The notes below the pieces were generated by a model. It had not been told where the DNA came from, did no database searches, and saw only the letters and a program-made list of their open reading frames with translations. A program made the position numbers and the translations under genes. From an uncultured archaeon (lineage in GTDB: Archaea > Aenigmatarchaeota > Aenigmatarchaeia > PWEA01 > JAGHBM01), in NCBI GenBank assembly GCA_964584335.1, contig CAZOZN010000004.1, positions 37,248 to 101,247 on the forward strand: a DNA stretch of 64,000 nucleotides. Reading direction: 5' to 3'. Below, one piece after another: positions 28,029 to 37,153 of this stretch; position 1 is the stretch's first letter, and every line of letters begins with the position of its first letter.

Positions 28029-29102
28029 CTAGTTTTTTCTTCCTGCCGCAAGATAGTGAACAAAAGCTTCAAGTTTTTTCTTTGCTTCTGTTTCCGGCAG
28101 GGTTTTGTCAACTTCGTCCCATGTCTCTTTCATCATGTTCTTTGCAAAGTTCTTTGCATAGTCTATAGAATCGTATTTTTTCATTATGCCTATGGCTTCG
28201 TGTATAAGTTTTTCTTCTTTCGTGTGCATTTCCAGTATTTCTATTAGTCTTTTTTTGTCCTCTTCCGATGCTACCTGTAGAGTATGAACAACCATCAGGG
28301 TTCTCTTACCTTCGTTTATGTCATCTCCTACTTCCTTACCTAAACCACCTTCTATGTTCATAACATCGTCTTTTATCTGGAAGGCCACGCCTATTGCCTC
28401 CGCGAACTTGCCCATTGTTTCTATTTGTTTTTTTGTTGCCCCCGATAGGAGTGCTGCCATCTTTGCTGATAATCTTGCCAGGGTTCCTGTTTTGTAGGCA
28501 CACATCTGAAGGTATTGTTTTTCAGTCAGGTTGTCAGCGTTTGCAAGTCCTTTATGCCAGGCTATATCCATTGCCTGGCCGAAGGAAAGGTTTATCATTT
28601 CCTGTATATAGATTTCATAAACTTTTTTAATCGTTTCAGCGCTGAAGCCGCTACCGTTTTTAACAAGCGATATCAGTGGAAGAAAATAAAGCGCATTACC
28701 ACAGTTTATTGCCACGTCAGTTCCGAATATTAAATGGCTGCACGGTCTTCCTCTTCTCATTTCAGAATTGTCCTCTATATCATCGACGAAAAGAGTCCCG
28801 TTATGAACAAGTTCAGGTATAAGAACAAAGTCATGAACCTTTTCCGGGTCTCCTCCCAATGCTTCAACTACAAGAAGGAATAACGCAGGTCTCCATCTTT
28901 TTCCTCCCCTGTCAAGAAATTCCCATGTGGGTTCTGCTATAGCTTTTGTTGGTGCCTCTATATCGTAATCGTATCTCGGCTCTCCAAGAGTAAATATAAG
29001 CTTGTCCCTGTCATATTTTCTAGGAACGTATTTCTCTATTATGTTATTTATTATCGGCCTCTTTTTTTCAAGTTCTTTTATTATATCAATTTCCTCAGTC
29101 AT
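28029..29102 (-). CDS. Polyprenyl (geranylgeranyl) diphosphate synthase
   Basis: GGKRWRP, DDIED..RRG, GQAMD, KT and FQIKDD motifs. Confidence 0.95.
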   Translation of the reverse strand: MTEEIDIIKELEKKRPIINNIIEKYVPRKYDRDKLIFTLGEPRYDYDIEAPTKAIAEPTWEFLDRGGKRWRPALFLLVVEALGGDPEKVHDFVLIPELVHNGTLFVDDIEDNSEMRRGRPCSHLIFGTDVAINCGNALYFLPLISLVKNGSGFSAETIKKVYEIYIQEMINLSFGQAMDIAWHKGLANADNLTEKQYLQMCAYKTGTLARLSAKMAALLSGATKKQIETMGKFAEAIGVAFQIKDDVMNIEGGLGKEVGDDINEGKRTLMVVHTLQVASEEDKKRLIEILEMHTKEEKLIHEAIGIMKKYDSIDYAKNFAKNMMKETWDEVDKTLPETEAKKKLEAFVHYLAAGRKN

Positions 29103-29353
29103 TTTTTCACCTCTTTTGTAAGAAAAAATATCAAAATTTATTTTTGTTTATTTTTTCACCCTAATTTTCAAAAATTTGTTTGTTTTACATTTAAACATTA
29201 CTTCGACAATTGTTCATTTTTTTGTACTTCGCTAAACTTTTTCACTTTCTTAACTTGAAGTGTAATATATAAATAAGTAAATAATCGACAAAAATCGATT
29301 TTTTTTATTTGACCGTGATTACGTTTAAATATAATATTTTTAATAAATCGGTT

Positions 29354-29881
29354 ATGGAGAGAGTTGTGCTTGTCGATGAAAATGACAAAGAGATAGGAAC
29401 GGAAGAAAAGATAAGGGCTCATAAAAACGGCGGAAAATTACACAGGGCTTTTTCTATTTTGATATTCAATTCAAAAAGGGAGATGCTGATACAGAAAAGG
29501 GCTGATTCCAAATACCACTGGCCGGGTGTCTGGGCAAACGCATGCTGCAGCCATCCAAGGCCCGGGGAGAAAACAGAGGATGCAGTGCACAGAAGGTTAA
29601 TGGAAGAGATGGGATTTGATACCAAACTCAAAGAATTGTTCAGTTTTATTTACAGGGCAACTTTTGATAACGGTCTTACTGAGTGGGAACTTGACCATGT
29701 TTTTGTCGGTGAATACGATATGGAACCCAAACCAAACCCAAAAGAAGTTGGCGATTACGATTGGGTCCAGATCCAAGAGCTTAACAAAAGTATAATTGAT
29801 AATCCTGAAAAATATTCTCCGTGGTTTAAAATAATATTAAAAAAAATAAATTTTGAAGAATTAGGTGCTATTTTTAATTAA
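29354..29881 (+). CDS. idi: Type 1 isopentenyl-diphosphate delta-isomerase
   Basis: LHRAFS, W.NACCSHP and E.ELDHVF motifs. Confidence 0.95.
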   Translation: MERVVLVDENDKEIGTEEKIRAHKNGGKLHRAFSILIFNSKREMLIQKRADSKYHWPGVWANACCSHPRPGEKTEDAVHRRLMEEMGFDTKLKELFSFIYRATFDNGLTEWELDHVFVGEYDMEPKPNPKEVGDYDWVQIQELNKSIIDNPEKYSPWFKIILKKINFEELGAIFN

Positions 29882-29912
29882 TTTTTTAAGTAAATAGTTG
29901 CAAATAAGTAAT

Positions 29913-30626
29913 ATGCCTAGAGTTTCTTCAAATCCAAATATTAAAGAAACAAGTCCTGAAAGAGTAAAGTCGGGAATAAAAGGACTTGACAAACTAATAG
30001 GCGGGGGATTCTTCAAGGGTCATAGCATTCTTGTAACAGGACCTGCTGGTGCAGGAAAGACTATTTTTTGCTGCCAGTTTATCTGGGAAGGATTAAAGAA
30101 CGGGGAGAACTGCATGTACATAACTTTTGAGGAATTACCCGAGGAGATAAAGAGGGACGCAATCGGATTTGGGTGGGACTTTGACAAATATGAAAAATCT
30201 GGAAAACTTATAATAACTTTCAAGGACCCTTTTCAGACAACAGACCTTAGTTCTAGGCTTAAGAACAAGATAGTTAACAGCAATGTAACAAGGGTCGTGA
30301 TAGATTCCACATCATTGCTAGGTCTTTACTTCAAAGACCCTCACCAGATAAGAAAGGAGCTTTACAAGCTCATAGATACCTTAAAATCGACGGATGCGAC
30401 CTCAATGCTTACTGCAGAAACAAAAGAAGATATAGAATACTCACCAAGGTTTGGAGTAGAAGAATATGTTACGGACTCTTCAATTTTGTTGTTTTTCACT
30501 GGTGTTGGTGAGCACGGATTCAGGTCTATCCAGGTCAGAAAGATGAGAAACACAAGACATTCTACAAACACACATCCTTTTGAGATTACAGAAAACGGGA
30601 TAGTCATATTCAAGTCGGAAATTTAG
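29913..30626 (+). CDS. KaiC/RAD55-like ATPase
   Basis: SGI.GLD, Walker A GPAGAGKT, VIDS and KMR.T.H motifs. Confidence 0.92.
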   Translation: MPRVSSNPNIKETSPERVKSGIKGLDKLIGGGFFKGHSILVTGPAGAGKTIFCCQFIWEGLKNGENCMYITFEELPEEIKRDAIGFGWDFDKYEKSGKLIITFKDPFQTTDLSSRLKNKIVNSNVTRVVIDSTSLLGLYFKDPHQIRKELYKLIDTLKSTDATSMLTAETKEDIEYSPRFGVEEYVTDSSILLFFTGVGEHGFRSIQVRKMRNTRHSTNTHPFEITENGIVIFKSEI

Positions 30627-31342
30627 TCAAGGTCTATAATTTTTATTCCTTTTTTGGTTATAGTGAAGGGATAAATCAAAGTGCTGTGGTCGGTTCTTCT
30701 CATTTTTCTTATGGTTAGGGTTCTTTTATAATCTTCTGCAACAGGTACAAAATCAACCTTTATTACACAGTCTACTATCGACTCCATAAGATTTGATTCA
30801 TCTGTGCTACTATACTCGCCTGTTGTGCTTGAAATGAGTGTGGTTATTCCCATTTCTCTCAATCTGTTAAGAAGGGAAGTCATTGATATTCTTGAGAGGT
30901 AGGGGTCGTTTATGAACATTTGTATTACTGATATGGAATCTATTATAAGCATCTTTGATTTTTTTTCTTCAAGAGCATCACTTATTCTTCTTATAAGATT
31001 TGAAACATATGATTTTGTAAGCCTTATCGTATGCTTGGCATCTATTGAAGGGACGAGAGGTTTAATTGATATAAAATTTATTAAATTATTTTTCTCAAGT
31101 TCTTTTATATCCCATTCAAACATAGAGTTCATATCCTTTTTAATATCATCTACTCTCTGTTCGGTTGTAAGATAAAGAACAGGTTCATTTCTTGAGGCTC
31201 CCTTGTACATGAAAGAGAAACAAAACGTAGTCTTACCTGTTCCTGTTTTACCTACTATGAGGTTAACACTTCCCTCTACGAAACCTCCTTGCATCTTTTC
31301 ATCTAGGTTTATTACTCCTGTTGGAATCCTTTTTGCTGCCAT
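30623..31342 (-). CDS. KaiC/RAD55-like ATPase
   Basis: GKTGTGKT, IIDS and KMRRTDH motifs. Confidence 0.92.
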   Translation of the reverse strand: MAAKRIPTGVINLDEKMQGGFVEGSVNLIVGKTGTGKTTFCFSFMYKGASRNEPVLYLTTEQRVDDIKKDMNSMFEWDIKELEKNNLINFISIKPLVPSIDAKHTIRLTKSYVSNLIRRISDALEEKKSKMLIIDSISVIQMFINDPYLSRISMTSLLNRLREMGITTLISSTTGEYSSTDESNLMESIVDCVIKVDFVPVAEDYKRTLTIRKMRRTDHSTLIYPFTITKKGIKIIDLD

Positions 31343-32384
31343 TTTTATTTACCTTTTTATTATATTGTTTTTTCTTTTTATAATCCTCATCCATTCTCTC
31401 AAGCCATTTTGTTAGCCCATCTAAAACACTTATCCTTTCCTGCAAGAACCATTTTGATATGTTTTCAGGGTCTATTGCTACTTTCAGTAAATTTGATTTT
31501 TTCTGTTTAAGGTTTGATATCCTTGCTCTGGTCCTGTTTATTTCCTCTTGCTCTTTAACAATCATCTTGTTGAATGTGTCTTCATCTATCTTTCTCTTGA
31601 AGTAAAGCATCTGTATGTTCTTTCTCGACTTTATCATGTCTTCTTCTTTTTCGTTTAGCTCTTTTATTTCGTTCTTCATTCTGAAGTAGGGTATAATAAA
31701 ACTTGTGAGGAAATAAAGCAATACGAAAACTACTGTTATGAAAATTACAAGATACTTGGCGCTTTCAAAAACAGCGAACTCAAATGACTTTATTATGAAA
31801 AGGTTGTCTATATCGTTCCTTTTCTTTAATCCGTCTGAAAGCTCCAGCCTTACTTTTTCTATATCTTCACCGCCCACAGATTCTTCCATTTTTTTAATTA
31901 TGTTTTCCAGCTCGTCAATCTCTTTGTTTATGTCACTTATATCTAACTGGTCTTCGTATTTTATTTTTTTCTCTTTGAATTCTATTACAGACTTTTTTAG
32001 CGAGTCTATGTTTTCAAGTATGAAAAAAGAAACGCGAGAAACAGAGAATACCATACTTTCTTTTCCCTTCAAGGTGTTTACCACACACTTTACCTTGAGT
32101 TTGTAACTGTCAAATTCTTCTATGCCTGTCTTTGCCCTGTATGTTGTCTGGTTTATCTTTTCAAATTTTTTACCTTCCCCATGAACAAATTCCTTGAAGT
32201 CGTATTCACATTCTGCAGCTTTCCTTGTATGAACCAAAATGTAAGCATTTTCTTCTGTGGTTGTTGTCTTAACATTGTAACTGTTTTCAATTACTTCACC
32301 TTCTTCTATTTCCGGGGCATCAGCAAATGATATTGAAGGCAAAAATAAAATAAATATAACAAAAAAATACAAGACTTTTTTCAT
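31299..32384 (-). CDS. Membrane protein with signal peptide, extracellular domain, TM helix and cytoplasmic coiled coil
   Basis: N-terminal hydrophobic segment, central TM helix and C-terminal Q..YF.RKIDE.TF motif. Confidence 0.75.
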   Translation of the reverse strand: MKKVLYFFVIFILFLPSISFADAPEIEEGEVIENSYNVKTTTTEENAYILVHTRKAAECEYDFKEFVHGEGKKFEKINQTTYRAKTGIEEFDSYKLKVKCVVNTLKGKESMVFSVSRVSFFILENIDSLKKSVIEFKEKKIKYEDQLDISDINKEIDELENIIKKMEESVGGEDIEKVRLELSDGLKKRNDIDNLFIIKSFEFAVFESAKYLVIFITVVFVLLYFLTSFIIPYFRMKNEIKELNEKEEDMIKSRKNIQMLYFKRKIDEDTFNKMIVKEQEEINRTRARISNLKQKKSNLLKVAIDPENISKWFLQERISVLDGLTKWLERMDEDYKKKKQYNKKVNKNGSKKDSNRSNKPR

Positions 32385-32486
32385 GTTTAATTTTTTAATT
32401 TTCCGTTTATAAAATAATTTAAGCCATTTTATGAGTTTTTTGTATGATTAGTTAGTTTTTTAAGCAACTACGTCTAATTAAATAAC

Positions 32487-33188
32487 ATGGCTAAGAAGAA
32501 CGAAATCGAAAGAATAAAATCAGGGATACCTGGACTTGACAAGCTTATTGAAGGAGGTTTCGTCAAAGGCAGTTCAATTCTTGTTACAGGTTCCGCGGGA
32601 ACCGGTAAAACAATAATATGCTCTCAATTTATATGGGAAGGATTGAAGAACGGAGAAAACTGCATGTATATAACATTCGAGGAACTACCCGAGGAAATAA
32701 AGGGTGATGTAAGGACTTTCGGTTGGGACTTTGATAAGTATGAAGAAGAAGGTAAGCTCAATATAACTTACAAGGATCCATTTCAGGCAACTGACATAAC
32801 AACAAGACTTCAAAACGAGATAATGCACGCGGGAATAAGCAGAGTAGTGATAGATTCGACTTCTCTATTGGGTTTGTATTACAAGAACTCGCATGACATA
32901 AGAAGGGAACTTTACAAGCTCATAAATGCTCTAAAGGCAAGCGGCGCTACTTCTCTTCTTACTGCAGAAATTCCAAACGAAGATGGTATAATTTCTAGAT
33001 TTGGAGTGGAAGAGTATGTTACAGATGGAGTTATTCGTTTACATTATACAAACATAGGTACTGAGAAATTTGGTAATATTGAAGTAAGAAAGATGAGAAG
33101 GACAAAAGTTAAGAAAGGATTGTATCCCCTAGAGATAGGAAAAAATGGTGCAAAAGTTGGTGAAGAAGAAACTTTATCCATTAAGTGA
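32487..33188 (+). CDS. KaiC/RAD55-like ATPase (close paralog of 29913-30626)
   Basis: GSAGTGKT. Long identical stretch QFIWEGLKNGENCMYITFEELPEEIK shared with the first copy. Confidence 0.93.
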   Translation: MAKKNEIERIKSGIPGLDKLIEGGFVKGSSILVTGSAGTGKTIICSQFIWEGLKNGENCMYITFEELPEEIKGDVRTFGWDFDKYEEEGKLNITYKDPFQATDITTRLQNEIMHAGISRVVIDSTSLLGLYYKNSHDIRRELYKLINALKASGATSLLTAEIPNEDGIISRFGVEEYVTDGVIRLHYTNIGTEKFGNIEVRKMRRTKVKKGLYPLEIGKNGAKVGEEETLSIK

Positions 33189-33193
33189 TTGAA

Positions 33194-33862
33194 ATGGTTG
33201 TAGGACTTTTAATGAAACTTTTAGTTTCTAAGAAATTGAAGTTCGAGAATGGTTTAATATCTCTTGATGAGTTTAATTTAAATCTTTTACCTTCTGTTTT
33301 TGTTTCTGAATTGTCAGAGTACTATAGAAAAGAAAAGAAGTTATATAAATTGTATATGTTTTCCTGGCTTTGGGGTTTTGCTATAGTTCAGAAAGCTGTT
33401 AAAGAATTTAATCTAAAAACACCCGAAGCGGTTTATTCAGTAGGTATGGATTTAGGAGAAGCTATTGGTTTTGGTTTGTATAAGACACACGATTATTACC
33501 CTGGGAGATATACTCATTTTGTTATAAAAAACAACCCATTTTTTGACTATATTAAACTGAATAGAAAAACTAAGGAACCTATAGATTATTTTATAGCTGG
33601 TTCTATGGGAGGTGGTGGGTGTTTAGTCCACGATTCAGTTTGTCAAAATGTAGAACTTAAATGCATGGCTATGGGTTCTAAAGTTTGTGAATTCTTAACC
33701 GGCACTGAAAAAGAACTAAAAGATAGAGGTTTATGGAAGACTGCACAAAAAAGATATAAGCTAAAAAAACTTTACCCTATTCAGAAAGATATATATGAAA
33801 ATTATAACGAGAAGAACAGCAAAGAATTTGTTCATAAAATAATAGATAAATTAAATGATTAA
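33194..33862 (+). CDS. V4R-like ligand-binding domain protein
   Basis: FENG.I N-terminus, G.G motif and E.KC.AMG...CEF. Confidence 0.7.
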   Translation: MVVGLLMKLLVSKKLKFENGLISLDEFNLNLLPSVFVSELSEYYRKEKKLYKLYMFSWLWGFAIVQKAVKEFNLKTPEAVYSVGMDLGEAIGFGLYKTHDYYPGRYTHFVIKNNPFFDYIKLNRKTKEPIDYFIAGSMGGGGCLVHDSVCQNVELKCMAMGSKVCEFLTGTEKELKDRGLWKTAQKRYKLKKLYPIQKDIYENYNEKNSKEFVHKIIDKLND

Positions 33863-34704
33863 ACAGATTCTATCTCCTTTTTGCCCATTTCATAAAAATT
33901 ATTTTTTATTTCTCTTAATATATCGTCATTAAATTTTATTTTATCGAATTCTTTTAAGTAACTTTCAGCTATTTTTTTTGCGAATTTTTTTGGATTCATA
34001 TTCCTGTTTTTTACTATTGTAAACAAGCTTTTTATATTATTTTCAATATCTTCTGGTATATCCTTTAAATCTTTTTTTATTAGATTAATTGCCCTAAAAT
34101 TTCTTGCAACTTTTACTATTTTATCTATTTCATCATCTTTATAACCCATTTCATAAACAGGCAATTCCATGTATACGTCCATATCTATTATTCTTGAATC
34201 GTAGTATTTTTTACCTAAATTTAGAATTTTTTCTTCGTCTTCTGTTGATTCTATTTGATTGCTGTAAACAACCTCACCACCAGCAACTACTAGTATTTTA
34301 TCAAAGTATCTGCCTATAATTTCTCTGTGTTTTTCGGTTATATTTGAAGCTTCAGTAATTTTTCCAATCTCTTTAATCAGTTCTACTATATGTGGAGTTC
34401 TCTTATCTTTTTTGAGATTTTCATCATAGATTTCATCAAGATTGTTTATTATAGAATCTGTAAGTATTGAAGATTCTATAACGCCTTCAGATTTCGGATA
34501 ATATTTACCCATTGCTTCCATAACGTAACCTGTCCTCATTGTTTTTTCTCCATTATTCCACATATTTATTAGGTAATCAGTACATTGATTACTTATTTCA
34601 GAAATCATCCCGAAAGCTTGTTCGGGTAGGCCTATATTTTTTACTATATTTTTTACCCTACTTTTATCTTCAAATATTTTTTTATATTTAGTAGAAACTT
34701 CCAT
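33859..34704 (-). CDS. Class I isoprenoid/terpene synthase-fold protein (divergent)
   Basis: Predicted all-helical, with two acidic motifs NNLDEIYDE and KKDLKDIPED. Confidence 0.55.
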   Translation of the reverse strand: MEVSTKYKKIFEDKSRVKNIVKNIGLPEQAFGMISEISNQCTDYLINMWNNGEKTMRTGYVMEAMGKYYPKSEGVIESSILTDSIINNLDEIYDENLKKDKRTPHIVELIKEIGKITEASNITEKHREIIGRYFDKILVVAGGEVVYSNQIESTEDEEKILNLGKKYYDSRIIDMDVYMELPVYEMGYKDDEIDKIVKVARNFRAINLIKKDLKDIPEDIENNIKSLFTIVKNRNMNPKKFAKKIAESYLKEFDKIKFNDDILREIKNNFYEMGKKEIESV

Positions 34705-34815
34705 GATATTATATATGGTTTATATAATATTTAAGTTTATTGTATTTTTCACTACTTTTTAGTAACATTTAAATACATCTAAAACAATATATTTATCAAT
34801 AAGGTGATAATTCTT

Positions 34816-35832
34816 ATGGAAAAAAAATATGATGTTATAGTTGTGGGTGGAGGTCCTGCCGGATGTACTTTTTTAGACAATTTAAGTAAAGATTATAATT
34901 CATTATTGATTGATAAGTATGTTTTACCCTCATATAAAGTCTGTGGAGGTCTTTTGACTAGTGAGTCAATAAAATATTTTAATGAAAGAAATATTGAAAT
35001 ACCTGAGTATGTTTTTTCACAACCTAAAAAAATTAAAAAAGAATATATAGACTTGGATAATGGAATTTCTTCGGTAGCGGGTAAAACTTATAATATAAAC
35101 AGAGTTGAGTTTAACGATTGGGTTTTTAACAGGATAAAAGATAAAGCAGAAATTAAACAAAGAACAAAAATAGAAGATATGAATATTTCAAATAACAAGA
35201 TTACCCTAAAGCTATATGATTATGTTGAGGATAAAAGAGAAAAGGTTTGTTGTAATAATTTGGTTGGTGCGGATGGTGTATACTCTATAACAAGGGAAAA
35301 AATGAAAGTTAAACCAACAACAAAGTACATAGCTCTTCAAGACTTTGGCGAACTAAATAAAGAAATAGATAAATTCATGCTTTTTTTCTCCAGTGATGTT
35401 ACCGATTATTATTCTTGGGCTATACCAAAGGGAGATTTCATAATAACAGGTTTAGCTTATCCTTTAAGTTTTAACAATAAGATAGACAAAGTTAAGGGCT
35501 GGGTTGAGGATAGATTGGATACCAAACTAAAGTTCTATAAGAGAGAAGGATATACTATAACTAGGCCGAAAAATTCAAACGAGCTTTTCCTAGGCAAAAA
35601 AAATGTTTTTCTTGTAGGAGAATCTGCCGGTTGGATAAGTTCTAGTTCGGGAGATGGTATAAGTTTTGCATTAAGAAGTGCTTATAACTGTGCAAAAGCT
35701 TTCAATAAAGGAGGTAATATTTTAAACAATTACAATGAAAATTCTGTAGATTTAATGGAAGATTTTAATAAAAAAATAGAGAAATCAAAAATTATTTCTT
35801 CTCCAAAAGAGAGATTAAAATTATTCCAATAA
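34816..35832 (+). CDS. FAD-dependent oxidoreductase, geranylgeranyl-reductase/CbrA-like
   Basis: VGGGPAG, KVCGG, GADG, YYSWAIPK and GE.AG.IS..SG.GISFAL.S motifs. Confidence 0.85.
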   Translation: MEKKYDVIVVGGGPAGCTFLDNLSKDYNSLLIDKYVLPSYKVCGGLLTSESIKYFNERNIEIPEYVFSQPKKIKKEYIDLDNGISSVAGKTYNINRVEFNDWVFNRIKDKAEIKQRTKIEDMNISNNKITLKLYDYVEDKREKVCCNNLVGADGVYSITREKMKVKPTTKYIALQDFGELNKEIDKFMLFFSSDVTDYYSWAIPKGDFIITGLAYPLSFNNKIDKVKGWVEDRLDTKLKFYKREGYTITRPKNSNELFLGKKNVFLVGESAGWISSSSGDGISFALRSAYNCAKAFNKGGNILNNYNENSVDLMEDFNKKIEKSKIISSPKERLKLFQ

Positions 35833-35871
35833 TTCTAACTTTTTATATTTCTCTGGGCCTATAGTTTTAGT

Positions 35872-36966
35872 ATGAAGAGCAGTATAACTCCCTGGGATGT
35901 TGAAGGAGAGATTAATTACGAGAACCTTATAAAGGAATTCGGCACTACCAGAATGAGCGAAAGGCTGCTCAATAAGCTTAAAAGGCCCCTGCCTCCTGTT
36001 TTAAAGAGAGGAATGTGCTTTTCTCATCGAGACCTCAACAAATGGCTTTCTGCCCATGAAAAAGGGGAAAAAGTTTCTGTTGTTAGCGGGAGGGGACCCT
36101 CGGAAAGAATGCACATAGGACATCTTACTCTTTACGCGCTTCCAAAATATTTTCAGGAAGCTTACAAATGCAAGGTTTACATTCCTGTTTCAGACGACGA
36201 GAAGTTTTTCGTAAAAAACAAGCTTGATTACGATACTGTGAGGAAGTATGCAAGGGAAAACATACTTGATATACTGGCCATGGGTTACGATTCCAAGAAA
36301 ACTGTAGTTCATGAGGACTTTGTTTATACAGATGTTTACAAGCACGCTGCAAAAGTTGCGAAGAAGATAACTTACTCTACAGCAAAGGCCATTTTCGGAC
36401 TGAAACCCGAAAGCAATATAGGATGGACATTCTATCCGGCAATGCAGGCTACTCACATTTTATTCCCTCAGTTTTATGAGGAGGAACCACAGCAAACATT
36501 GGTTCCGATAGGAATAGACCAGGACCCTTTCATGAGGCTTACAAGGGATGTTGCATCAAAACTTGGCTTCATAAAACCAGGAGCAATACACAAGATGCTT
36601 GCGCCAGGTTTGAAGGGCCCCAAAATGAGTTCAAGTACAGGAGAGGCTATATGGTTGTCTGATGATGAGGAAACAGTAAGGAGAAAGGTAATGAAGTATG
36701 CTTTCTCTGGTGGACAGCCCTCTGTAGAAAAACACAGAAAACTTGGCGGTAATCCGGACGTGGATGTTTCTTTCCTTTATCTCAAATACTTCTTTGAGGA
36801 GGATGACAGAAAGCTTAAGGAGATTGAGGAGAACTACAGAAGCGGAGAACTTCTTACGGGAGAGCTAAAGAACTATTTGGTTGAAAAAATCAATTCCTAT
36901 CTCAAAGAACACAGGAAGAGAAGAAAGAAAGTAGAGAAAAATCTTGACAAGTTTCTCTTAAAATGA
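35872..36966 (+). CDS. trpS: Tryptophan--tRNA ligase (archaeal/eukaryotic type)
   Basis: GRGPS..MHIGH, IDQDP and KMSSS motifs. Confidence 0.97.
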   Translation: MKSSITPWDVEGEINYENLIKEFGTTRMSERLLNKLKRPLPPVLKRGMCFSHRDLNKWLSAHEKGEKVSVVSGRGPSERMHIGHLTLYALPKYFQEAYKCKVYIPVSDDEKFFVKNKLDYDTVRKYARENILDILAMGYDSKKTVVHEDFVYTDVYKHAAKVAKKITYSTAKAIFGLKPESNIGWTFYPAMQATHILFPQFYEEEPQQTLVPIGIDQDPFMRLTRDVASKLGFIKPGAIHKMLAPGLKGPKMSSSTGEAIWLSDDEETVRRKVMKYAFSGGQPSVEKHRKLGGNPDVDVSFLYLKYFFEEDDRKLKEIEENYRSGELLTGELKNYLVEKINSYLKEHRKRRKKVEKNLDKFLLK

Positions 36967-37072
36967 ACTTATATTCTTTTTTCTTCTAATTATAATCATG
37001 ATAATTAGGCTCTAAACTGTTTGCAGGATATGTTTTGATTAGCTGTAGATGGGTTTGGAGAACTCTATATTG

Positions 37073-37137
37073 GTTCTGTGATTTAATTCGATTGCTGAAA
37101 ACCATCTTTAGTGATGATGCCGACAACGTATGAGAAC
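37073..37137 (+). ncRNA. C/D box methylation guide RNA between trpS and rtcB
   Basis: Stem GTTC/GAAC, C-like GTGATTT, D' CTGA, C' GTGATGA and D ATGA. Guide 37083-94 pairs with 23S 5778-89 and guide 37119-28 pairs with 23S 7478-87. Confidence 0.85.
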
Positions 37138-37153
37138 TCAGGTGAAATTCTTT

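Noticed and set aside
36990-37106. 39-aa minus-strand ORF downstream of rtcB
   Set aside because: It has no SD or motif and overlaps the better-supported C/D guide on the opposite strand.
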